Origin: Lepidodermella squamata
Lineage: Eukaryota > Animalia > Gastrotricha
Assembly: GCA_047495785.1 (NCBI GenBank)
Contig: JBLDXI010000046.1
Span: forward strand, 1,240,001 to 1,304,000
Direction: 5' to 3'
Length of the DNA stretch: 64,000 nt
The notes under the pieces were generated by a model. That model was not told where the DNA came from. It did no database searches and saw nothing but the letters and a program-made list of their open reading frames with translations. The position numbers were made by a program, and so were the translations under genes. Positions 24,409-35,798 of this stretch are shown here, one piece after another (positions within the stretch are counted from its first letter, which is position 1; each line of letters begins with the position of its first letter).

Positions 24409-24790
24409 TTGAAAGATTCAGATTTAGCTAAAGAAGCGGCTAATTTGCTGAATGACTTCGCCACGATGTCTAAAAGTCTCTACGCGATTCGAAACGAGTT
24501 TGAACAGGGCAACCCGAAGACAATTGGGGAGAATTGTGACCAGATTGCGGTGGTTGATGTCGATGACAAAGAGGACCTAGTAAGAAAATACGTCGTTTCG
24601 AACATTGGAAAACGGTTTCTGCGATCGATGATGATGCTTTCATTTGGGTTTTTTCTTGTTTTCGCAACCGATTCTGATCTTTTCCGACTAGCGGAGTCAG
24701 ATCGGTGGTTCCTAGACGGCACTTTTAAGGTGGTTCCTAAGAAACTCGGGTTTTATTAATTATTTACGATTCACGTCGGCATTGGGCGCC
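24409..24790 (+). pseudogene. MULE transposase remnant
   Basis: VFATDSDLFRLAESDRWFLDGTFKVVP ... FY*LFTIH is the MULE first-catalytic-Asp motif, with an in-frame stop. Confidence 0.8.
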
Positions 24791-25567
24791 TATCAGAACT
24801 CCTCATTCGTGAGGAGCAAATCACCCGAGCGAACCTAAATAAACCGTCGAAAGTCCGTCGCCGCCTAGCTTACATTCGTGTTCACGACCGCCTTAACAGC
24901 TTATTCGATCAACTAGTAGATTCAGGCGAATTAGCCTTCATGGCCTTTCTCGATTCTGCGAGCTACAGCATGGCCGACATCAAGGAGGTCCTACCCGACT
25001 CGGACGAAGATTGGGACATCGCCGCTGCTCGGACGCAGGCTGCGATGGCCGATGATGGCTGGGTTGAGGCGATCGAAGAAGTCGAAGCCGCTTTTGCTGC
25101 TAATTAACCATATTTTACATATTATTTGACTAATTAGTAATTAATCACTGATACATTTTAAGGCAATGAAAATGTGCGGAAATAAACTTGTGCGGAACTT
25201 GACCTGTGCGGAAGGTTCCATTGTAAGGAAGTACCTGTGCTTTTTAAAGGTTGTTTACCTACTCGTTAGTTAATGGATACACACTTCATAAAGAGAAGAA
25301 AAGCGAATAGGTTCGCACGATTTATGTAGCAAGGCGGTGTCTTGAGTATTGATTACGGTCAACTGGCCAATCAGCATGCAGATTTCAACTAAATAACTCA
25401 CACAATTGAGCTTCTAATTGAGGGAGCGCTTCTAAAAGGTTCTATAAGAGTGCCTATACAGCCAGAATGTACAATATCACGCTAGGTTCAATCGCTTCAA
25501 GCGAATAATCCTCCTGGGTAATCGAATTAGCTTTTCGTAATATTTCGGATCCTTCACCCGAGATTAT

Positions 25568-26638
25568 TTAAGCATTTAAATAATCTATAAGACGTTTCAG
25601 TGCCCCACATATGGTAATTACTTTAACTGCCGACTCCCTGGGCTCCTTTTGCCAAACTGGAGTTGGTGTCGGATATTCTTTGCCAATACTCTCATGTTCT
25701 ACCGTCGCTCCTGGATTTCCGAGAATCGCGATCCTCGAAATGCCACTCTGAATCATTGAGGGCAGGCATTGACAGGGAATATTCGGACAGGATGTCATAT
25801 AAACAGTGCAGCCTCGCGCATCGCCGCTTCGTAACATGAGGGATCTGAGAACCGCATTGCAACAGTCTTTACACCGACGGATAAACTTTCCTGAACTGTC
25901 TTTCTCGAATTTATCGTCTTTCATATTCCATCCAATGCCGATAATTTGGCCACGTGGATTAACAACAACAGCTCCAACTGCTTTGTCTTGACTATCTTTA
26001 TAACCAAGGTTATCAGACCGCGTAGATGCCAGCAGTGCCACAGATATGAAAAATTGCTGCCAGTCGAAGCAACACTCCTTTTCAATTTCGACTTGGTATT
26101 CAGGCTTTGTTTTATCTTTAAGATAGCCTTCCTCCTCGGCAATGAAACGTTGCAACTTTGAAATATATACACTGCCTAGCGTGGTTTCGGTTTTTAACTT
26201 GCAATAATCTTGAATTTGCTTCCACTCAGATTTCAGCTCAGGTTCCAGCTTAGTCTTCGAATATTGATACGGCGATATAATCGCTGCCGGAGACAACTGA
26301 CTCAAAATGTAAAGAGCCGGTGCATCTGGGAAATGAGTGAGATACAATATGCATCCGGTCAAGTCATCGATATTCTTAAATAAAACTGCGTTCATCTCTG
26401 ATTCGATGAATGCTTGCGATTTAACCTGATAAGGCCCGTCGATCGGTCCATCGTACCCGAAGCCGGCAAAATATCCGTTTGTGTTGACAATACAAACACC
26501 TCCTTTTTCCTTTTCGTTTTTATGCCTGGCGACTTTCGATCGCAAAGTAGCAAGGTGAGCAATGCCCATAAATAAATCGTGATTCCATCGGGGTTGAAAA
26601 GTCTCAGCTTGACTGTAAATAAATAGTTTATCAGTCAT
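25568..26638 (-). CDS. Deaminase gene A, copy 1: tandem pseudo-deaminase (both domains lack the canonical zinc/catalytic motifs)
   Basis: 356 aa, intronless. Domain 1: WNHDLFMGIAHLATLRS, GVCIVN, GFGYDG, IESEMNA, LTGCILYLTHFPD. Domain 2: WQQFFI, VGAVVVN, IIGIGWN, CCNAV, GCTVYMTSCP..CQC, SMIQSGI. Confidence 0.88.
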   Translation of the reverse strand: MTDKLFIYSQAETFQPRWNHDLFMGIAHLATLRSKVARHKNEKEKGGVCIVNTNGYFAGFGYDGPIDGPYQVKSQAFIESEMNAVLFKNIDDLTGCILYLTHFPDAPALYILSQLSPAAIISPYQYSKTKLEPELKSEWKQIQDYCKLKTETTLGSVYISKLQRFIAEEEGYLKDKTKPEYQVEIEKECCFDWQQFFISVALLASTRSDNLGYKDSQDKAVGAVVVNPRGQIIGIGWNMKDDKFEKDSSGKFIRRCKDCCNAVLRSLMLRSGDARGCTVYMTSCPNIPCQCLPSMIQSGISRIAILGNPGATVEHESIGKEYPTPTPVWQKEPRESAVKVITICGALKRLIDYLNA

Positions 26639-26799
26639 TCCTCACGTGTCAAAATGTCTAAAATTAAACTGATTTAATTTTCCTTCAACTTTAAAACGCA
26701 GCAATTTTCCTGCAAAGGTTAGATCAAAATGAAGCCCTGAATTTGGGATTTTAGTTGCAGGTGGAATTTCTTAAAACGATAAAGGCATTGCTCATAATC

Positions 26800-27193
26800 G
26801 GTTCAATGACTAAAGAGCACGCGATCTAAGAGCAACGATTAAAGAGCAATGCATTAAGATCAACCGATAAGAGAGCAACCGATTTAAGAGCAATTGGTCA
26901 TAAGAGCAATTGGTCATAAGAGCAATTATTAATGATAAATCAGGGCAAAAAAGTGGCAAGCGACTTCATTTTTTTCTGTAGGCGATCAAGTGAATACGGG
27001 AGCCGATTAAACAGCAATTCAGGCATCTTAGGTCGAGATTCACTTGATTAGGAAAAGCAAAAAAATCAAGTCGCGTGCCACTTTTTCATCATTAATAATT
27101 GCTCTCATGATCAATTGCTCTTAAATCGGTTGCTCCAAATGTATTGCTCTTTAATCGTTGCTCTTAGATCGCGTGCTCTTTAGTCATTGAACC
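26800..27193. mobile_element. MITE with 8-bp target duplication
   Basis: tcataatc|ggttcaatgactaaagagcac ... gtgctctttagtcattgaacc|tcataatc; aagagcaa subterminal repeats. Confidence 0.9.
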
Positions 27194-28407
27194 TCATAAT
27201 CGTATAGCGCGTAAATTGCGATTTTTTCAGCAGAGCTGCTATTGGAACAAGAGGCAATGAAATATATCTAAAAAGACTGGAAGGTATTTAGAAATAGGTA
27301 CGTGCGAGAAAAATCAAGGCGCAAAGGCTAAAAGGTGCGGCTTGGAGACTCCAAATATCTGAATGTAAGGACTAACAGGTTCGCTTGGTGCTTTCATTCC
27401 TTAGATAATAGCTACAATAACAACTTTGAAAACATTCCTAATATGCTGTAAGTTCAGAATTTATCAAGTTCGGCCAGTGCTTGCTACATTTTGACGCTAC
27501 TGGTCAGTGCCGAGGTGAAAAAGCCCACGGCAGCCACCCACGATCACCGATATGAAAAGCTAGTCTTTTTGGATAATTAATCACTCGAGTCAAGATAAAT
27601 GGGTTCGCGATTATTATCAGCTGGCTAATAACAGTCCAAATAATTGCCTAATGGGCCTGTTTGTTAATTTCCAGGAAAAAGCATCACGGCCTCATAGAGA
27701 ATTTCATCAAGGCGTGTGCAGCACCGAAAGGCGAAAATGTATCTCAAGTCGTTCGCTCCAAAAACCTAAGTGGGCGATAAAAAAACATCACGATGTTCGA
27801 GCTAGCCAACTTATGATACATGATGCCGGTTGTTCCAGCCCATTGCTTTGTTACGCGATAAATAAAAGAGCCAGCAATTTCACGCATACCGTTTATTTCT
27901 TGTCAGCTAAATTTTTCTATCACTTTCAAGACGACATGTTTCGCAATATATCATAGCAGATTTATACGATTTATGCTGCTTCACAAAATACCCGAAATAG
28001 CCCTAAACCAATTCAGGGCATTGTTATAATACGACAAGCCCGGAATAGCAAGTAAATAGAAAGCATAATACATAGCCCAAGAAAAGCCGACATCAAAAAA
28101 TCAAGTAAACTACAAACAAAATTGCTACGATTCTTCCAAACTGCACAAATTGTCACTGATTGCCGAGCGCACGAAAATAAGTAACAGACAATATATATAT
28201 ATATATATTTGTATAATCAATATATCAAGTAAAAATTGCATCGAATCGCGACGAAAAACAGTCAATTACTCTACGGTTATGTTACTAAGAAAATCGAGAA
28301 TGACGGTGTGTTTTCAAAGAAGAGGTGGCTGAAAGCAATTTCTCACAAAATTCGTAAAAAAAACAGGCAGTAAACGATGTTAACAAAAACCGACCAAAAT
28401 GTTAACT

Positions 28408-29296
28408 TCATAGAACTTCAAGGTCAACATGTCGCACTTCAGGGTATTTCTTCTTCAAATTCTTCTCAACCCGATCGATTTCCGCACCAATCAGGTCGAC
28501 AATACCCTCACCGTGCCGCAACATGAATGCCTCAAGGTCGTCCGTGTTCTTCGACGCTTTTTGCAGTTCCATCAGCAGAATGTCCAGGTCAATTCGGTCG
28601 AGGTAGACCCGCGTCAATTCGCGCCCGTCGATATCGACTTCGGCCTTAAAACGCACCCGCCTACCACCCATTTCGGTCGCTTTTATATCGTGAACAGCTC
28701 GAATGACTCGATCAGCCTCCAGTTCTTGACGCATCATTTCCCGCCGCGTTTCTGGGATCGACTGGCCGACGAGTATTACGGCATTTGTGTAAATGATTGA
28801 GGAGGCGACATCGCCGAGAAGCGTGCCGATGATGAGTGAACCGACCGCGTCGGGAATGTGCGAAGCGTAGACGTGGGACAGCGCGAGGCACGTGGCGGCT
28901 ACGCCGACGCCGAGAACTGCGACAAAGTCCTCGGCTAGCACAACCATTGTGTTTCAAGTAGTAAGTAGCACTTTGAACCGCGCGCTGATTGGTCAATTTA
29001 TTGTTGCTATGACTCCGGGATGAAACAATTTAGTCGTGCAATCCACTAATAAATTATTTTCTATTTATGCAAAAAATGACCTTGCCACACCCTCTGCACG
29101 GTTTCCATTGACCACGAGCGTAAACCCCATAATAATCGTAGCAATTTACTGCGGCAAAAAACACCTGTTGCAAAAAATTCAATGGATCGCCCAACCTACA
29201 TGTTTCATCCGGGAGTCATAGCAACGATCGATTGACCAATCAGCGCGCGCCCAGAAATGCTACTATTTACCTCAAGCACAATGACATTGACTGAAC
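28408..29296 (-). pseudogene. SLC30A9: Partial SLC30A9 duplicate (last exon only, 5' end interrupted by a MITE)
   Basis: Peptide near-identical to the 41049-41622 exon (ends VRHVDLEVL); homology resumes briefly after the MITE (acattgactgaa) and then stops. Confidence 0.85.
28945..29283. mobile_element. MITE with 2-bp (ac) target duplication inside the SLC30A9 fragment
   Basis: cattgtg...cacaatg ends and long imperfect arms. The empty site cacaacattgactgaa is visible in the paralogs at ~33451 and ~41580. Confidence 0.85.
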
Positions 29297-29420
29297 AAGA
29301 CTTTTTATTTTCACTGTAAAAGGACACTAAATATCTGACAAAGCTAAAATGCCGCCGGCAAACGGCAAGCATTAGTCAGTTTCGCTGTTAATGCTTGTCA
29401 AATCTCTGTATCAATGCTTC

Positions 29421-30566
29421 TCATGATATTGAGAGCCTGTTAATTATGATTACGATAATTATTATTATAATGTATCGCAATTTAGCCCAAAATGCTATTT
29501 CGGGACATGTTGCTTTTTTATGGTACAGTGAGCCGCAACGATAGCAGATAGTATCTCGCTTAATTTCCAATACCATGCGGACAGATTTGATAAAATCAGT
29601 TGTTAGATGGGTGGCTACATCCTCTTGGGTTCGTTTCTCAGGCATCCCATGTCTCGCAGACCAGTTGTTTAGTTGTAAAAGAGCATCATCATCGAGCCTT
29701 TGCATGGTATTGGGGTCGAGCCGCGGAAGAACATGAAGTTTTTTTATTCCGGATTGAATTATGTTTTTCCCGCATGAATAATCCATTGTTTCCTTCTTCT
29801 TTCTCTGCATCCTCTCCTTCTTCCTGTCATCACTCTCAACTGAATATTCGGCGTCACATGGCATCCGAGTAACGTATAGCGTGCAACTCTCCAAATTTAG
29901 GCGATGCCGAAAGAGAAGAGCGTTTATTTCGGCATGACAATTATCGTCGCCGGATTTGACATTTTTCACACCGACAGGACTTCCACTCCAACCGATTGAG
30001 ACCACCCTGCCGATGTCGTCAGCGATAACGCATCCGACCTTGAATCGTTTTTCCGAATGCTTGGCAGCATACATCGCTAAAACCATGTGAAATTCCTCCC
30101 ATGAGATGCGCTTCAGATTTGAGGCGAAGAATTTGGCTGCAACAGGCTTACAAAGAGGATCGAAGATGTGTCGTCGATCGCTGTCATCTTTTTCTGTGTC
30201 GAATTTTATTGTTTTGTATCTATGGCTGACAGTGACTAACTTGAAGTAGTAGTCGCGTCGCTCCCTCGTTACCGTCACACAAAAAAGGATTACTATGTCT
30301 GGCAACATCGCCTGAGTCCTGAAATGGAAAGCGTTCATTTCAGCCTCGATCTCAATCTGCGCAGCAGGCCCATCGACTACATTTGTAGGATTACCACGAT
30401 AGCCGATGCCGATAATCTCGTCTTTAAATTTTCTGACTAGACAAGCTCCGTGCTTAGTATCTCCAACTTTGCATCTCAAGGCGGCAGCCAGCGCTACGCA
30501 GTAGTAGTATCGCGACCATCTAGCATTCTCTTTTATTTCTTTTATAATCTGCTTCGACCTTTCCAT
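29421..30566 (-). CDS. Deaminase gene B, copy 2 (dead domain + HAE domain with PC-x27-C + CCHC knuckle)
   Basis: 381 aa, intronless; EAEMNA in domain 1, CHAEINALLFR and YVTRMPC...YSCGKNIIQSGI in domain 2, knuckle CYRCGSLYHKKATC. Confidence 0.9.
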   Translation of the reverse strand: MERSKQIIKEIKENARWSRYYYCVALAAALRCKVGDTKHGACLVRKFKDEIIGIGYRGNPTNVVDGPAAQIEIEAEMNAFHFRTQAMLPDIVILFCVTVTRERRDYYFKLVTVSHRYKTIKFDTEKDDSDRRHIFDPLCKPVAAKFFASNLKRISWEEFHMVLAMYAAKHSEKRFKVGCVIADDIGRVVSIGWSGSPVGVKNVKSGDDNCHAEINALLFRHRLNLESCTLYVTRMPCDAEYSVESDDRKKERMQRKKKETMDYSCGKNIIQSGIKKLHVLPRLDPNTMQRLDDDALLQLNNWSARHGMPEKRTQEDVATHLTTDFIKSVRMVLEIKRDTICYRCGSLYHKKATCPEIAFWAKLRYIIIIIIVIIINRLSIS

Positions 30567-30667
30567 ATTAACTTTTAATATAACTTGATCTAAAAATAGT
30601 AAATATTTATAACTTCGATGAACATTTTTTATTTTCCAAGTCCGCAGCTAATTCGATGGATTCTGAA

Positions 30668-31693
30668 TCATATTTCTGCCTCGAAGAGTAGACATAATTC
30701 GCTCATAGCGGATTCATTTCTGTCGATGACCCTGCATGCACATAATTTAGGTTCTTTGTGCCAGACTGGACCGAGTTGCGGGTAAACCTCCAACAAGGCA
30801 TTCAATTTTTGTTGGGAGTGTTTCGGATCATCAAAAACAGCTATTCTTGATATACCGCTTTGAATCATCGAAGCAATGCATGGACACTTGTCGGGTGGCC
30901 ATGAAGTCAAGAAAATTGTGCAGCCACGCGAATCATCGGTGCGGAACATGAGTGCAGCAAGAACTGCTTTACAGCAAGCAGGATACTCAATGCAGGATTC
31001 TTCGTCGGATTCTTCGTCAGAATTCCAACCGATGCCGATAATTTGGCCTCGTGTATTGACAATCACTGCACCGAATTTGCTGTCTTGGTTTTGCTGCGAA
31101 GCCAGAATTGCAGTTGACATGAAAAATTCCTCCCATTTCAGATATCGTTTTCCTTCTCCCAGGCAATTCCCTTCAACAAAGTTTTTCAAAGCGGCGAATT
31201 TATAGCGTGCGTCGATGTTTATTTTTTTTTCTTTCAATGGCTCAGTTCTTTCGGGAAAACAATATTTCGCCACTAAGTCCATATTAAAAGCCGTTGTCGA
31301 CACGATGGCTTTTGGTTTCAACTGCCGTAGCAGATAGAGAGCCTTCGTTTCAGGAGAATGAGTGAGATAGAGTGTGCAATTCGTTAAATCATTGACACTT
31401 TTGAACAGGACAGCGTTCATCTCCGATTCAATGTAGGCGTCAGTCATATTTTGATGAGGTCCATCTATTGGTCCATCGTAGCCGACGCCTGCTAAATACC
31501 CGTTCTCGGTAACTAAACAAACTCCAGCTTTCTCAGTGTTATTGCAGTGCCTAGCAGTTCTCGATCTCAAAATAGCCAAGTAGGCGATCCCCATGTATAG
31601 AGTATGCTCCCAGTCAGGCTCGTCTTTTTCTTCTCTAAGATACAGGTACAAGCCAGCTTCATCCCTTGAACTTAGATCAACCGAAGTCCCCAT
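30668..31693 (-). CDS. Deaminase gene A, copy 2 (double pseudo-deaminase)
   Basis: 341 aa, intronless; IESEMNA and THSPE in domain 1; CCKAV and WPPDKCPC in domain 2. Confidence 0.88.
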   Translation of the reverse strand: MGTSVDLSSRDEAGLYLYLREEKDEPDWEHTLYMGIAYLAILRSRTARHCNNTEKAGVCLVTENGYLAGVGYDGPIDGPHQNMTDAYIESEMNAVLFKSVNDLTNCTLYLTHSPETKALYLLRQLKPKAIVSTTAFNMDLVAKYCFPERTEPLKEKKINIDARYKFAALKNFVEGNCLGEGKRYLKWEEFFMSTAILASQQNQDSKFGAVIVNTRGQIIGIGWNSDEESDEESCIEYPACCKAVLAALMFRTDDSRGCTIFLTSWPPDKCPCIASMIQSGISRIAVFDDPKHSQQKLNALLEVYPQLGPVWHKEPKLCACRVIDRNESAMSELCLLFEAEI

Positions 31694-32919
31694 AGTGGTG
31701 TTTGATCCGCCACGGCCACTATGCTAGTAAGCAATTGAATTATTATTTAGATAAAACTAATTTAGGCCGAAGATGCTAGAAGCCAACATATGGTTGTATA
31801 GCCGATAAAATAATAAGTAGGGTTGCCAATAACTAATATTAAAGTATTACTAGCTTGTGAGGTGCAGAATAGCACGCGCAATTGTCTGAACGGTAATTTC
31901 AGGCTACTTATAAACTTGAGCTTCCCGGTAGTATCGAGATAATGAAACGTAAGGTATTATGAATTATAATTCATGGTATTCACTTGATAAAAAAATTTCG
32001 ACGACAGGCTCTCATTATTGTAGTCAATTATTACCGCTTGGTTGTCCTTTAAATAAATAGCACAAGGCCACCGAAGTAATACCAGCATGAAGTATTGTAT
32101 GAAGCAGTTATCTTTATCTTTGGAGCCATCCGACCTCAGCTTGGAGCGTAGGAGTTTCGCCGTCAAGATAGTGGCACTAGCTGACATGTGCCTCGCAAAA
32201 AAACCGATTAATTCTTCAGTCGCCAACCCGAAATATCATATAGGTATCATTCCACCACTCCATGGTTAATTTTTCCGGTGCATTTTCAGTACTTGAATTT
32301 AGCCACTCCTTCAGCAACTCTACCGCAATTACTGCCGCATCCTTGAGACTTTATTTGTGGCAAATCCCACCACAGGATAAGTAAAAAAGCCAGATTTCAC
32401 GCAAATCGTTTATTTCCTGTCAGCTATATCTTTCTATCACTTTCGAGACGACATGTTTCGCAATATATCATATCAGATTATACGATTTATGGTGCTTCAC
32501 AAAATAGCCGAGAAATAGCCCAATACCAATTCAGGGCATTGTTACAATACGACAAGCCTGGAATAGCAAGTATAGAGAAAGCATAATACATAGCCCAAGA
32601 AAAGCCGACATCAAAAAATCAAGTAAACTACAAACAAAATTGCTAAGATTCTTCCAAACTGCACAAATTGTCACTGATTGCCGAGCGCACGAAAATAAGT
32701 AACAGACAAAATATATATATTTGTATAATCAATATATCAAGTAAAAATTGCATCGAATCGCGACGAAAAACAGTCAATTACTCTATGGTTATGTTACTAA
32801 GAAAAATCGAGAATGACAGTGTGTTTTCAAAGAAGAGGTGGCTGAAAGCAATTTCTCACAAAATTTGTAAAAAACAGGCAGTAAACGATGTTAACAAAAA
32901 ACGGACCAAAATGTTAACT

Positions 32920-34455
32920 TCATAGAACTTCAAGGTCAACATGTCGCACTTCAGGGTATTTCTTCTTCAAATTCTTCTCAACCCGATCGATTTCCGCACC
33001 AATCAGGTCGACAATACCCTCCCCGTGCCGCAACATGAACGCCTCAAGGTCGTCCGTGTGCTTCGACGCTTTTTGCAGTTCCATCAGCAGAATATCCAGG
33101 TCAATTCGGTCGAGGTAGACCCGCGTCAATTCGCGCCCGTCGATATCGACTTCGGCCTTGAAACGCACCCGCCTGCCGCCCATTTCGGTCGCTTTTATAT
33201 CGTGAACAGCTCGAATGACTCGATCAGCATCCAGTTCTTGCCGCATCATTTCACGCCGCGTTTCTGGGATCGACTGGCCGACGAGTATTACGGCATTTGT
33301 ATAAATGATTGAGGAGGCGACACCGCCGAGTAGCGTGCCGATGATGAGAGAACCGACCGCGTCGGGAATGTGCGAAGCGTAGACGTGCGACAGCGCGAGG
33401 CAGGTGGCGGCTACGCCGACGCCGAGAACTGCGACACAGTCCTCGGCTAGCACAACATTGACTGAAGGATCATAACCACGACGAACGTATTCTCTATAGA
33501 AAAAATAGGAATTCAACAAATTTGATCGCGAAGTAGATTCGAATTTCGCTTAAAATTTAATCAATTTTTTTTTGAAGGATTTGTGGATTTTCGGTCACAT
33601 CTTTATGCTCATCTTTTAAATTCAGGGGATCGAGAATTTTAACCATTTTTTCTATTTTTTAATGGGTCTTACTTCAAGCGGAACCAAATTTTTGAATTTT
33701 CCATGAGCCTAAAACCAATTTTCGAAAACTTTCCAGAATGACGCGATTATAAATCATCATCGAAACTCAGCGTAAATTCTGTATAAGACGCATTTTTCAC
33801 TATAGAGTTAATACATTGCCTTAATTTTCTAGAAATATTCGAAAAGCGACTTTTTGCTTATCTAAGGTTCCGCAACATGCAGGTTTGGTTCCATCAGAAT
33901 ACATTCTGATATTAATTTCCAGTGCCAAATCCAAATTTTAGGCAAAAAATTTGAATAACATCAATTTTTGAATTTTTAAGATAGATTTCTCGAATTAGGG
34001 CCTCATCACGACTTCTCAAAAACTGAAGATAAATTCCTGAATACGGCGGGAAAAAAATTAAAAAAAAATAGTTAAAATTCAATATTCACTAAAACTTCAT
34101 TTTCAACTTTTTAAGGTGGATTTTTTAGAAAACATACATAAAAGGTAGTTTAGCCTCGGCCGCGGCGCGTCGAATTTGGCGAGCTCCGACGAGCAGACTG
34201 CCGCTTTCGGTTATGAAAGACCCGCCTAGAATAACTAGAGCCCAAGATAGAGATTCGAGCTGTTCCGGGTGAAGAAGGGCTTGAATGCCGTGGAACCACG
34301 ACAGGCCAGCGCCGACGAAGAAAATACCAACGCCAGAAATCAGCGAGCTGATGTAGGTCAAATTATACCAGCCATATCTAAATAATCAAATTAAATATGA
34401 AAAATAATCATGGAAAAAAATTACGGATGAATTTGGTCTGGTCTTCTTTTCGACT
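32920..34455 (-). pseudogene. SLC30A9: 5'-truncated SLC30A9 duplicate (last two exons and part of the preceding exon)
   Basis: Exons ~32920-33493, ~34138-34377 and 34425-34455 match the gene at 41049-42583. Homology ends abruptly at ~34455. Confidence 0.85.
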
Positions 34456-35319
34456 TCGTCTTCTTACGACCGAAAATTGGCCGCGCGCTCACACACCACG
34501 CTCCTATGGCTCCTACTTGGGGTCAATGCAATTTTTTCCATTTTACCTAAATTCTCCATCTTTTTGCTTAATGAGGCGCAACTTCTGATGAGGATAAAAA
34601 GACGTGTCCTAAAAAGAACTGAAGTTCAACGCTCGCAGTTCACCAGCTTCGTTATATGTGTATGGTATAACATGAGTAAAGAGTTCATTTCTGAACGGAG
34701 TCGACCGAGATTTACGAATCGAAACGAGCCGGAGGCGAGTTGAGATGAGTAAATCGAGTACGGCGAGTTCAGATATAAACGATTTACGAATGTTATACCG
34801 TAAAATATCGAATTGTCAAAGCTACTCGACCTATATTTTTGACGACAATTCTATATTTGTGCGCTGCGCACCACCACTTTTACAAATTACAAAGTAATCC
34901 CACCTTCCTGACCACCGTTCGAAGTCTATATGCTCTGTCCGGGCCTTAATCCTCTCCAACCTAAATATTGTCGTTAGTTGTAGTTATGTCACATGCGAAG
35001 CAAGGACGGAATGAAAAGCATTTTGGTTGTTCGACCGCGCGCCCGGAGGGTGTAACCGGTGAAAAATCGGGAATCATGTACCGCCGCGACTGTGAAAACT
35101 TACTCACTCCTTATTACGCAATCATACATTCATACTTACAATCAAGTCACGGGGTTGCGTACTTGTATAGCGTATTACCTATGTCAGATTTTCCAATAAA
35201 TAGCATTCGAGCGCAGTGAAAGAAATCGCGCTGAAATGGAATCTTTACAAAAAAGCGAAGAAATTTCCAAACCACGCGCTATTTACAGCCTGATATGAGT
35301 GTACCTATATAGTACGGTG

Positions 35320-35590
35320 GATGTTACTGTAAACTGCAAGTACAGTGATCGAGGCTGTACTTCGTGTACAGTCATCAAGGCTGTACTTCGAGTACAGTCA
35401 TCAATGCTGTACTTCGTGTACAGTAATCAAGGCTGTACAGCGGTCTACAGTCTCCCATACAGCTGTACTTCCGTGTACAGCCTGATGAGCTGTACTTCCG
35501 GTACAGCCACCAAAAGACTGTACAATAAAAGTACAGCTCAGGACTGTACCGGAGAGTACAGCCGGGTGTTATACTGTACTAGCCAGTACA
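35320..35590. repeat. Degenerate ~26-bp tandem repeat (gctgtacttcgtgtacagtcatcaag-like)
   Basis: Repeated ctgtac/gtacag half-palindromes. Confidence 0.7.
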
Positions 35591-35798
35591 GACACTTTTT
35601 TGCCTGAAGTGCGGGTTCTTCCGCGCCACGAACGTATTTGTCATAAGAACGAAACCGCCATGGACTGCAAACTTGTTGCTGTCAACTAATGACAGCAAGG
35701 TTACAAGCTGGTAAAATATCGCCGGGGATAACATAGAGAACCAGGCTGTCACCTTGTAAGGACAAAATTCGGTATCTTTGTTGCCAATTCCTCTAGAT

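Larger units (their letters stand above)
21554..25235 (+). mobile_element. Mutator-like (MULE) element with nested insertions
   Basis: Ends ggcacttccgcaca / tgtaaggaagtacc; subterminal ttccgcaca (left) and tgtgcggaa (right) repeats; transposase remnant at 24409-24790. Confidence 0.75.
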
